NCBI RefSeq assembly: GCF_018977255.1 | Contig: NW_024704742.1 | Location: 46,254,001-46,318,000 of the forward strand | Length of the DNA stretch: 64,000 bases | Direction: 5' to 3' | Source: Callorhinchus milii | Lineage: Eukaryota | In this document: piece after piece, positions 51,186 to 61,671 of the stretch | Layout of the letters: each line of letters begins with the position of its first letter | Numbering within the stretch: the first letter of the stretch is position 1 | Program-made: the position numbers and the translations under genes | The notes under the pieces: generated by a model | Told to the model about the DNA's origin: nothing | Databases searched by the model: none | The model's input: the letters and a program-made list of their open reading frames with translations, nothing else

Positions 51186-53834
51186 TATTATTTATAATTG
51201 CAGATTTTATTAATCTGGAAGTAATGCTGATCACTACTGAATATTTAAAATGTATATGGAGTTGTGACCATTAGATTTTTACCATTTTGGTCAGCATAAA
51301 TATCATTGTAATGCACAAATTTCTGGATGAAATAGAAACATCGGATTGGAGGTGAGCCACCAATGGAAAACTGAACTCCTGGTTTCAAGAATTGTGTAAC
51401 TCAAAAACCTTTTTGGCTCTTGAGTTATGTCTTCTTAATAAATGTCTGCAAATTGTTTCCCATGTACAACCACTCCCTCTTTACACGACTATATTTACTC
51501 CATCTACAGAACAATAGGACTTGTCAGAGGACACCTGAGAGGTGCTTTGCTGCTGACCCACCTGACCTATAAGATCCATCATACCTTCCATTTTGAGAGC
51601 AGAGCATGTTCATTCTGTAGCAGTGTGAATTTCACCTATGGAGAAAACTGAAGGCATGTTTTCCTTTCAGACTAATGCCTCTATTAGGTATTGATTTCTT
51701 GAGGTTTTAGCATTAACTATTTGAGTGACTATGTGCACCATGACAAATGTACAAAGCTAAAGTTAATCTTTCAGTTCACGCATAGGATTTCCTTACTTTT
51801 CATGTATCTATATTACAGTCTCATTACATTTTAATGATACTTGACAACTAAAATTTACAGGTTCACATTCATTTGAATGTAAAGTGCTGCAAGCAGAAAG
51901 GAAGTTTGGAAATTAGGAGGTTAGAATATACACATGTTACCATGTGAAAAGATTGGGTTTTTTTTTACAATTAGTAAAATGAACTTGATATTATATTTAT
52001 ATTAAGATGCCTTTGTAGTGTGGTAATATATAAGATTTTATTCATTTCTTACTAGTATTTTAATCTTGTAAAATAATAATGTAATGCATATTTAGTAATA
52101 AAAGTCCCTATACCACCATAATCACGAGGCAGAATTCTCTAAGTGACCTGAAAGCTTTCACCCAGTGAAATACTTTCATTAATAACTTTACCATCCATAA
52201 TCTATAAAGTAAATGGGGTTCATTGAAAGACGTCGAGGGGAATGCTTAGAGCAAAGTGCCTCAGGGATGCTTCAGAGTTAAAGAAAGCTTTAATGAATGG
52301 TGTGAGCATTGGAATTGGTGTGGTAGTAATTAGTGAACTGGTAATTAATCTGCATCTGTGGTTTGTGAGTGAGAGGAGTCCACAGAGAGATGTCTTTGGG
52401 GAGGTGGAAACACACAGGTGGGCATTTAGAGTGCATTTTTACCACTTTTCAAAAAAAAATTCTGCTGTACATCTGTGGCTGTTTAATTAGAGAGAGAAAA
52501 ACAAATCCCATTAATGTTATTAATCCATGCGCATGGATAACTTGGAGTGTATGGCCAACACAACTCAAGAATTTCATTCAGTGGAATACGTACAGCTGTA
52601 AACTCTTAAGACCAGCGTTCACACGTGATTAAAAGGAAACAGAAAATCTGGCCCTTGAGAGACCAAGAGATAGATGGTGTGTATCACAATTCCTGACTCA
52701 TCAAAAATTTTGATTTATTGCACATGTCAAAGTGCAACATTATATTGAAAAGAGTACATTTCCAGAAATTCAGAAGTCATGACCTTGTTCAGATGAACCA
52801 CAAATCATGTTCTGCATTCTGGGTAAGTAGGAACTTGCTACCTGTTCTACGCAGAGTAAACCGAGAGGTGAAATGCCAATTGGCATTAGAAGGAATGCTG
52901 CAGGGCGCAAAAACGTACAGGGAATTGTTAATTTTTTGGCTGCTAAAAATGATCTGAAGGCTATATTCTCTCCTGCTCCATACATCTATTAATTCCATTC
53001 TCACCATGTTCCACTAGTTCCTATTAGTCCAGTGAATGATGTTCAAATTCCGTCATGGTTTTGCACCTTCTGATCTATGTAAACTCCTCCATCCCGTCTC
53101 ACCTGCTCATTTCTTTTCCATTTCTGATCTATTGCTATCTTGTCATTCCCTCAATCCTCTGTGTCATCCAATCACATAATTAAGTTACCCCGTATCTGCA
53201 GACGATGTCACCAAAAGGGAGCATGCAGGTGAAGAAAAGGAGGGGCTAAGGATATGGCTAAGGTGGGGAAAGGGGAATAAAAGATCTGCCATTATTTAAT
53301 AAACCAGTTGAACAGGCTCAGTGTACTGAATGCCCTATTCCTGTCTATTTTCCTAACGTTTCTTGCTTGATGCTCCTTAACGTAAGTGTTAAGCACTTTG
53401 AGATGTTCAATCTGAATGACAGGTTCTAGATAAGTGACAAATTGTGTTAATTTAAAAAATATCAGAACTGAGATTCCAACTGAATGTTAAATGTAACAGT
53501 AAGGTCATGAAACCAATTAATCTCATGTGGGCTTAAAAATTCACTAATTGATTTTTCACTTGAAATTCATTTGGTCCTATTGAAATCGTATTGAAAGTGT
53601 CAGAGCAAAGTTCCAGAGGGTCAACAAGAACACACCCAGATTTTATTTTGGACAGCTGGATGACTGACATAAGCAGAAACCCATCTCCATGCTTAGAATC
53701 ATAGAACCATAGAAATGTACAGTGCAGAAAGAAGCTATTCAGTTCATTGAGTCTGCACCAGCTCTCAAATCAAGCTCCAAACCAGAGTGTAGGTTCCACA
53801 TATATATGGCACCTACACCTGAGTGCATGTTGCT

Positions 53835-54110
53835 CTCAATGGCAAGCTATGTTGTTTTAGCTGCGCAAACTCCAGCATTACCACAATGCACACTCTGTGC
53901 CCCCGAGCCTTGGCTCTTGACAACTTACATCTAATTCTCTCTGGACCTAGGACAGCAAGGTGGGTCCCTCCAGGGAGAAAGTGCACATTTCCTTCCAGAC
54001 ACATGTGTAGGTGGCATACCTGAGTACAACTCTCACGTTAGTTTCGATACTTATAAGCATGGAGATGGGTTTCTGCATTTGTCAGACAACCGGCTCACCA
54101 AAAACAAATC
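53835..54110 (-). repeat. unclassified repeat X, inverted relative to a short copy at 53638-53696
   Basis: TCAATGGCAAGCTATG...CCAGCATTACC...AGCCTTGGCTCTTG...TAAGCATGGAGATGGGTTTCTGC matches the reverse complement of 33555-33850. Confidence 0.85.
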
Positions 54111-54959
54111 TCTTTCTGTCCTTGCTGTTTCTGGTTCAGTGTTCTCTGTTTCTTTTATTTCTGTGTTAGCTTTCCTCTCAGTCTATCTTTCTCTATTCTC
54201 CCCAATCTTGCACTACAAAAAAAATCTATAAGAGCCAATTCAGGAAACTGAATATTCAACATTTTAATTTGATATGGAACATTAGAAAATCAGCTTAGAG
54301 AATCCTATACTTTGTTTTTTTTTGAAAATTGCTATATTATTATTATCACACAGGTGCACTATTTTACAGTACTCTGCAGCCTTTGTAACTGCAGGAATAT
54401 AATAACGTATAAATGAAAAGATGATTCTGAAAATCTCTCATGGAACAGAGAATACTAATAAAAATCTGCAAAAGCTCCTGCATGAAAGTGGTTTTTCCCC
54501 AGCTATTTATAGTGGAATATAATTCAAATTATTTTGCATTTGTTTTGAAAAAAAGATTAATATGACCAGCAAAATGGCCCGAAAGTTAGCCTTCCCTGGT
54601 AAATTATCCATACCTAGATTTTTTCATGCTCTTCTCCCCACACTGAAATTACTTTTTTCCAGGCAGTTATAAATTAAAACCCATCTCCTTTTTCCAGTGA
54701 CGATGTATCTCTCACAGCTTTAAAAATAGAGAACAGATATAATAAAATTTCAATTGAGTTAGCTGTGGCAGGAAAATTTCTAAACAAATATAAATCGTTT
54801 TCTCACAAGATAACATTTTCTTTAGTTATTGAGACCTTTCTTAATGCAACAGCCTTAGAACATTTGTTTTGTTTGTTCTCTCCCTCTTCCACTAAAGGTA
54901 GTGTTTCACATTGGAGTATAGTTTATCGTACAGGAACTGTGTGTTATGCGCAAAATATA

Positions 54960-55285
54960 TATAATATTTTCACTGTCAGGAGGGTCTTTTCAAAATGCTT
55001 CACAGAATTTACTAGCTATTTTGTCGGCAAATGGAGCAGCCAATTTGCACTTAGCAATGTCCCACAAACACCCATGAAGCAACTAATTTTATTTGGGGGA
55101 TTATTGTCTTGACCAACGGGAAAAACTCCTTTTCTCTTTTTGAATAGTGCCATGAGATTTTTAATGGGTATTTGAACAGGCAGATGGAACCATGGTTTAA
55201 CATTTAATGCAACAATGCAATGCTCACCCAGCACTAAGTTGAAGTGTCAGCTTAGACTATGAGTTCAAATTGCATGGGGACGAAT
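54960..55285 (-). mobile_element. Deu-domain SINE
   Basis: GCAGCCAATTTGCAC...GTGCCATGAGATTTTTAATG...TGAACAGGCAGA. Confidence 0.78.
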
Positions 55286-56567
55286 CTTATCTTATTCTAT
55301 ACTGAATTCAGAAGGTCAGAGAGAAATTGTTGCAAGATTATTACGACCCAAATTAATTTTTTTCATATTTCTTTTTAATGAAAAACATGCTATGGTATCT
55401 ATCATTCTAAATACATAATTAAAAGATTGTTATTTTTAAGTGATTGGGATGAGAAAGATACTTTTTAATCAAAGTGAGCATGAAAAAATATTAGATTTTT
55501 TAAAAATAGAATCTGGTACTGCAATGCTAGCTCAAGTAAGTTTCTGTTTGCATTCTTAAAATAAATGTTGCTTTTGTACCTTCTACAATTGAGAGGAAAA
55601 GATTCCAAAGCAGATATTGAGAGCAGCAAAGGGAGGTTATTAATTAAATAAATTTTGTAAGATTCACAAAAAGGGATTTATTAAATATTGGTTCTTGTGA
55701 ATACCCAGATATGCCTCAGGCTGATCTTTATTCCATATCGATTGACCTTGATTTCCTATTTTGTATCAGAAGCTTCCATTATTAATTTCAGATCATAAGT
55801 GTTATGAATCATAAGTCAGAGTCAGGGAAAGTGGATTTTTCACATTTTTGCTGGATAAAGGCCAAATAATAATTAGAAAAATAAATATCTAAATTGAAAT
55901 GTTATTGTAGCTTTTAAAAAACACTCTTGGACTATTTTATAAATCAGGTGCTGTAAACACATTTAAATTGTCGGCTGTTTGTGTCTGTGGAACTAGCCCG
56001 ATTCTTACTCTACATTTCTATATTTTTGCGCAAGTGCTAAGGATTGCAATTGTATATTCCATTATAATAGGTAAGATTTGATTTACGTATTTTTGGTGAC
56101 CCATTTCATTATTATTAATATTATAACATGAATATAGTGAACAACAACAAATTGCATTTATATAGCATCTTTCATGTAAGGAGGATGTCCCAAGGCGTTG
56201 ATTAGTGAAATTAATTGGGTTATGAAAAGTTCCTATTGTGGAGTATGACATTGATCTGGTGATGAACAGGTTAGCAGGACAAACCACTCCACAGAAGTGA
56301 CTTGAGGGATGTTCAGCCTCTATCGGCAATCTAGTTATTAGACATCAAGAATCCCAATGTGAAAGATGCTTTACAAATTAAATTTTTTTGTTGTTGTTCT
56401 TGTGATAGTTATCAACTTGCCAGAAATATTCCCCCCGGATGTAGAGTTGGCTCCAACAGCAAACTTGGGTGGAAATGGAACAATCCTAGAAGTAGCCGAG
56501 TGCTTCCAAAAGTTCCCTAAATAATCAGGGAAAATCCAGTCCCATTATTAATTGGATTCGTAACCAA

Positions 56568-56910
56568 AACAACAAAATTACAATTGTAAAGCGCCTTTCA
56601 CGTCAGGAGGATGTCCCAAGGCGCTGAACCGTCAGGGATCAGGAACCAAGTGTGGGGAGCAGGGTTGGGATGAGGGAGGACAGAGGGGGTAGGAGGGCGG
56701 CTGAAGGCACCGTCAAAAAGGAGGTTCTTGAGTCGTGCCTTGAAGGAGGCAAGAGAAGGAGCAAGACGAAGGGGTTGTGGGATAGAGTTCCAAAGGGGGG
56801 TGGGCTGAGAAGCTGACCTGGAGCAGGCCAGAACCTGCTAAACGGAGGGAGCAGACAGGTTGATAGGGGTTTAGCAGGTCAGAGATGAAGGGGGGGGGGG
56901 CAAGGCTGTG
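56568..56910 (-). mobile_element. L2 3' fragment
   Basis: Tail GCGCCTTTCACGTCAGGAGGATGTCCC; ORF2 end. Confidence 0.88.
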
Positions 56911-57015
56911 GCACTATATAACTGTTATATTGGCTCATAGTACATTAAAGAAACAAAATGATGCAGAGACTGTACTAAGGCAATAAAATACTGTGAAAAT
57001 GGTTACCAAGCAGGC

Positions 57016-57222
57016 ATGATGTTACGTTTCACTGAGACTGAAGTTTAATTCATTGTTAAGAAGAAAGTACGCAGGAGAGTAGAGATTCTTGGCTCAGATA
57101 CCCACCTGGAATTTGGCAGGAAGAAGGCCTGAAGGAGATAGCTAACTGTGTGAATGCAGAGTCTGCCTCAGAACTTATGGCAAGAGATTAGAGAAAGATT
57201 CCATAAAGTGAAGAAAAGCTGA
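57016..57222 (+). pseudogene. decayed Myb/SANT-like DNA-binding gene (Harbinger-associated, NAIF1/MSANTD-like)
   Basis: LRFTETEV*FIVKKKVRRRVEILG...RKKA(W)/KEIANCVNA.S/RT/WQEIRERFHKVKK, with a stop and frameshifts. Confidence 0.7.
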
Positions 57223-57391
57223 AGTGTCATAAAACCAAGCAGCGAGACATGCCAAGAATAAGGCAGCATAAGAAGATCTTCAGTGGGACAGAGGAAACGG
57301 GAGTACATCTGGTTGGAATGCAGAATCTGGATAGGTTGCCAGAGTAGCAGAGATGAAAGAACATTACTTATGTCTTTCTCCAATTTATTTA

Positions 57392-57760
57392 ATTACTAAA
57401 GTGGCAGCACAGTGCTGTAATGTGAATCTGACGAGGTTGTATAGTGTGATATACTTGAACAATCTTCAACTCCTTAACTGGCTCATGTAGTAGGACACAC
57501 GAAATCCAGCACTTGAGCATTGTTTCAAATCACCGATGGCATACCCAATATTCTCCATTGATTGTCACACCTCATTGTACCGTGTTACTGTTGTGGGTTT
57601 GAGGATTCTTGGCAGGAATAAGAAATCAACTTCAGAGTCAATGACTTATCCTCCAGGAATAATAGTTCCTTTATCCTCCAGGAAGGAACTATAATTTTGG
57701 CTATTCCTGCATGTGGTGGTAATTTTTGAGTAGTGCAGCACAAAAGTATGATGTATTGAG
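57392..57760 (+). pseudogene. decayed PIF/Harbinger DDE transposase fragment (HARBI1-like)
   Basis: Colinear motifs ITKVAAQCC...T.LY (57392), FQI..GIPNIL (57523), IDC (57557), RNKK (57614) and LHVVV (57707). Confidence 0.6.
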
Positions 57761-57763
57761 CTG

Positions 57764-59180
57764 CAACAACAACAACAACAACAAGATTCCATTTATAAAG
57801 CGCCTTTCACGTCAGGAGGACGTCCCAAGGCGCTGCACAGTTGGGTCATGACCCGAGCAGGGGGGAAATGGTCAGGGTGAGGGGAGGGAAGGGAGGGAGC
57901 GAGGAAGGGGGAAATGGTCAGGGTGAGGGGAGGGAAGGGAGGGAGCGAGGAGGGGGTAAATGGTCAGGGTGAGGGGAGGGAAGGGAGGGAGCGAGGAAGG
58001 GGGAAATGGTCAGGGTGAGGGGAGGGAAGGGAGGGAGCGAGGAGGGGGAAGAGAGTCGAGAGGGGAGCTGAAGGCTCGGTCAAAGAGAAAGGTTTTGAGA
58101 CCGGCCTTGAAGGAGGAAAGGGAGGAGGCGGCGAAGGCACTGGGGGATAGAGTTCCAGAGCCTGGGGGCTGAGAGGCTGAAAGCCCGACCACCAATGGTA
58201 GGGCGGTTGGGGCGGGGGACGTGGAACAGACCGGAGCCAGAGGAACGGAGGGTACGGGCAGGTAGGTAGGGGGATAGTAGGTCGGAGAGGTAGGAGGGAG
58301 CGAGGCCGTGAATGGCCTTGTAGGTGAGGGTGAGGATATTGAATTCGATCCTCTGGGGGATGGGGAGCCAGTGGAGGCGAGCGAGGGTGGGAGTGATGTG
58401 GTCGCGAAGCCTGGTGCGGGACAGTACACGAGCTGCAGAGTTCTGAATGACCTGCAGCTTGTGGAGGGAGGTGCCGGGAAGGCCGGCGAGGAGAGAGTTC
58501 CCATAGTCCAGCCTTGAGGTGACAAAGGCGTGAACCAGGGTTTCAGCAGCGTGAGGGGTGAGGTAATGCCGTAGTCTGGCGATGTTCCGGAGGTGATGGA
58601 AGGCGGTGCCAGTTGTGGTGCGGATGTGAGGGAGAAAGGACAGCTCAGGGTCGAACAAAACGCCGAGGTTCCTGACTGGCTTTGAGAGGTGGAGAGTGCA
58701 GCCTTGGATGCTGATGGTGTCGGCGCCTGAGGTGCGGAGGCGCTGACATGAGCCAATCAGGAGGGCCTCGGTTTTTCGCACGTTGAGCTGAAGAAAGTTG
58801 TCTCTCGTCCAGGACTCGATGTCGGACAGGCAGCTGTCAGGACATCGGTGGTCGTGGAGTTGAGAGTAGAGGAGGAAAGGTAGAGTTGGGTGTCATCCGC
58901 ATACATGTGGAAGTTAACCCCATGTCTGCGGATGATGTCACCAAGGGGGAGCATGTAGAGGGTGAAGAGGAGGGGACCGAGGACAGAGCCCTGAGGGACA
59001 CCACATGAGACAGTACGGGGGGTGGAGGAGAAGCCATTCGTCGAGACAAAGTGAAGACGGTGAGAAAAGTACGACCTAAACCATTCAAGGACAGTGCCTT
59101 GAAGGTTGAGGTGGGAGGACAAGCGGTGGAGTAGGATAGCGTGGTCGACCGTATCGAATGCTGCCGATAGGTCGAGGAGT
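57764..59180 (-). mobile_element. young L2-clade LINE, 5'-truncated, RT C-terminal half
   Basis: [21 protein letters not shown] and [11 protein letters not shown] (ORF 58757-59122); frameshift near 58830, then ORF 58080-58781; CpG retained; tail and (TTG)n. Confidence 0.97.
57861..58043. repeat. minisatellite, four units of about 46 bp, inside the L2 3' UTR
   Basis: GGGGGAAATGGTCAGGGTGAGGGGAGGGAAGGGAGGGAGCGAGGA(A) starting at 57861, 57907, 57952 and 57999. Confidence 0.95.
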
Positions 59181-60344
59181 GCTCTTCATTGACATGAAAA
59201 TCCATTTGATGGAGAGGGATCTCTCCAACTGTGCACAAAAAGTATTTTGTGCACAGATGGAACTCTTAGTGCTGCATGTGTAATTTGCACAATTCCATAG
59301 AACTGCTGTGTGACAATATGGTGAATTGTCCTTCATTTGTTATCACTCCCCTACTTTTTCTTTTTCTCCCCTTCAGACAATAAAATAGCAGCTGGATATG
59401 GCATAAAAACATTTCCTGAGCCAGATCTTTCAGCACACTGCCACAGTTAAGAGTGCTGTGCAAGCAGACTGAAACTTTTATATCTACTCTGTACCGTTGT
59501 GAAATGCATCACATGTATGAAGACTCAGACATTGAATACAATTGTGTATTTTTCTGCTTGATTGTCTTCTATCATCAATTAAATGTCTTAATTGCCACTT
59601 GAATGTCCAATGCATTGGAACATCCTCCTATCGTGAAGGATGCTATATAAATGCAATTTGTTATTTGTTTGTTGTTGTTGTTAATTGTTGTTGTCTACTT
59701 ACCACTGGTTATCACTTATCATACTGGTTTCCTGGCTAACAATCCTCCATCAACCACAAATTGATTATTCACCTTATCACTGTTTTTGAGACCGTGCTAT
59801 GTGCAAAATAACTGCTGTGTTTGCCTACAAAAAACAGGAATTGCACTATATATATAAGGGATGGGGGGTGGGTGAGGGGAGCAAGGATATGGGACTAAGG
59901 ATACGATCTAGGATAGGATTTACTTTGCACTTGTGTGCAGTATAAGCACCAGCTGGACTGGATAGGCTGGCTGAATGGCCTGATTCCAAGTTGTACCATC
60001 TGTAAAAAAAATTGACAGTAAATACTTTGAAGTATTTCAATATGTCAAGGGCCTATAAAATGTAAATTCTTCTTCTAGATCTATTATAAATACATAATAT
60101 TTCAGTGCTGCTGGATAAAGCTCCTTCTTTCAAGTTCACCAGATTGGTTTGGATGAAGAAGCTTTCAGGCTATCCAATCTCATCCTTCCAGAAGACCCAC
60201 CTTATCATTCCCTCATCACAGAATCAAGCTTTTTTTGAATGAGTCCTGGTCTCAATTACCCCTCCCGTCAGATAATAAAGATGCATTCAAGTGGAAGCTC
60301 GACCTTCACATGAGGGAGAGGGGAATAGAAGGGTATATACAAAA

Positions 60345-60722
60345 TTTAATTTGTCAGGAGGAAGTCCCAAGGTGCTGGACAGTCTGGGATTTGGACCCAA
60401 GCAGGTGGAGGTTGGGGATCAGGGAGGGTAGAGGGCAGGGAGGGTAGAGGGCAGGGAGAGTGGAGGGCAGGGAGAGTGGAGGGCAGGGAGGGTGGCCAAA
60501 GGCGTAGTCAAAGAAGAGGGTCTTGAGATGTGCCTTGAAGGAGGCAAGGGAAGGATTGAGGCGAAGGGAATGTGGGATGGAGTTCCAAAGGGTGGGGCAG
60601 AAAGACTGAAGACCAATGGTGTAGCGGGCTGGAGCCTGTTGAGCAGAGGGAGCAGACAGGTTGATATGGGGTTAGCAGGTCACAAAGGTATGGAAGGGAG
60701 TAAGGAATGGGTGGAGGCCATG
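60345..60722 (-). mobile_element. L2 3' fragment containing a 16-bp tandem repeat (60421-60495)
   Basis: L2 ORF2 end and tail; unit AGGGAG(G/A)GT(A/G)GAGGGC in about 4.5 copies. Confidence 0.88.
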
Positions 60723-61541
60723 TGGATTATAAACACCAAGTGGTCCGTCTACATGTTGTACAGTCTTTGTAAGTCTTTGTAAACCTGTTCTAGTCATTAA
60801 TTACCTTCTGTAGAAAATCTTGGTATGCATCCTGAAACTTTCCCATTACAACGCTAAACAGATCTTCTATTGCCAATCACACAACAGGTTTATCCAGCAG
60901 GCAACCCCCTCCCCCATGCTATTAATTTTTAACAAACATATCGGGGGATTAATTATTTTACAAAGATATATTGGCTGAATTCATGAAGCACTGGATCTAT
61001 TCATTTCAGACAATAAATCTAAACTAGGGAATTGCCAGAAAGGGAGGTTTAAGCAATTTAGTTTGTTAGTAATTTTCTAAGTTTTACCAGAGGATTAATT
61101 TATTAACTGGATATTTGTCAGGAATAATTCCCCAAGGAAAGGTTAAAGGTAATTAGTATTAGAGTGTTTATCAGAAATCAATTTATTGCAGGGAGGCCAA
61201 AATAAACTATTAATAACCAGGAGTGTTTGAGGAGAACTTAGACAAGTGTTGACAGGGATATTAATCTATTTAACTGTTCACTAAATTCAACATGTGGAAA
61301 ATATCTGACATAGAGCTAAATCACAAGAAGTGGTTATCCTGCTGATGGTTGTCATTCTTTATGGTGAGCGTGTTTGGTGCAGGGGATGGGTTTCATGGGC
61401 AAAATGATACTTCACATTAAATACTTGCTTCTGTTCTTAGGGCTAAGTTGGTAGCATAGCGTAACACCTTGGTTTAGCATCAAATCCTGTATTACCCTTA
61501 TTCTGTGATTGTATTACCCTTCACATTGCACGCTGAATTTT

Positions 61542-61671
61542 TCCGAAGGACGGCACCTCTGACAACGCAGTTGATTGGAGTGTCAGTCAAGACTGAGCTC
61601 AAAGTTCTGGCGTGGGTGTCGAACTCACAGCGTTCTGTCGCAGAGACGACGATGTTACCAACTGAGCCAGG
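61542..61671 (-). mobile_element. Deu-SINE 5' fragment (tRNA-like head)
   Basis: TCCGAAGGACGGCACCTCTGACA...TTGGAGTGTCAG...ACCAACTGAGCCAGG. Confidence 0.8.

Noticed and set aside
57960..59238. Long overlapping ORFs up to 248 aa, including Pro/Ser-rich and Gly/Arg-rich ones
   Set aside because: L2 ORF2 fragments and their shifted or antisense frames; not host genes. The same applies at 1536-2650, 4879-6440, 12677-13551, 25675-26330 and 30790-31919.
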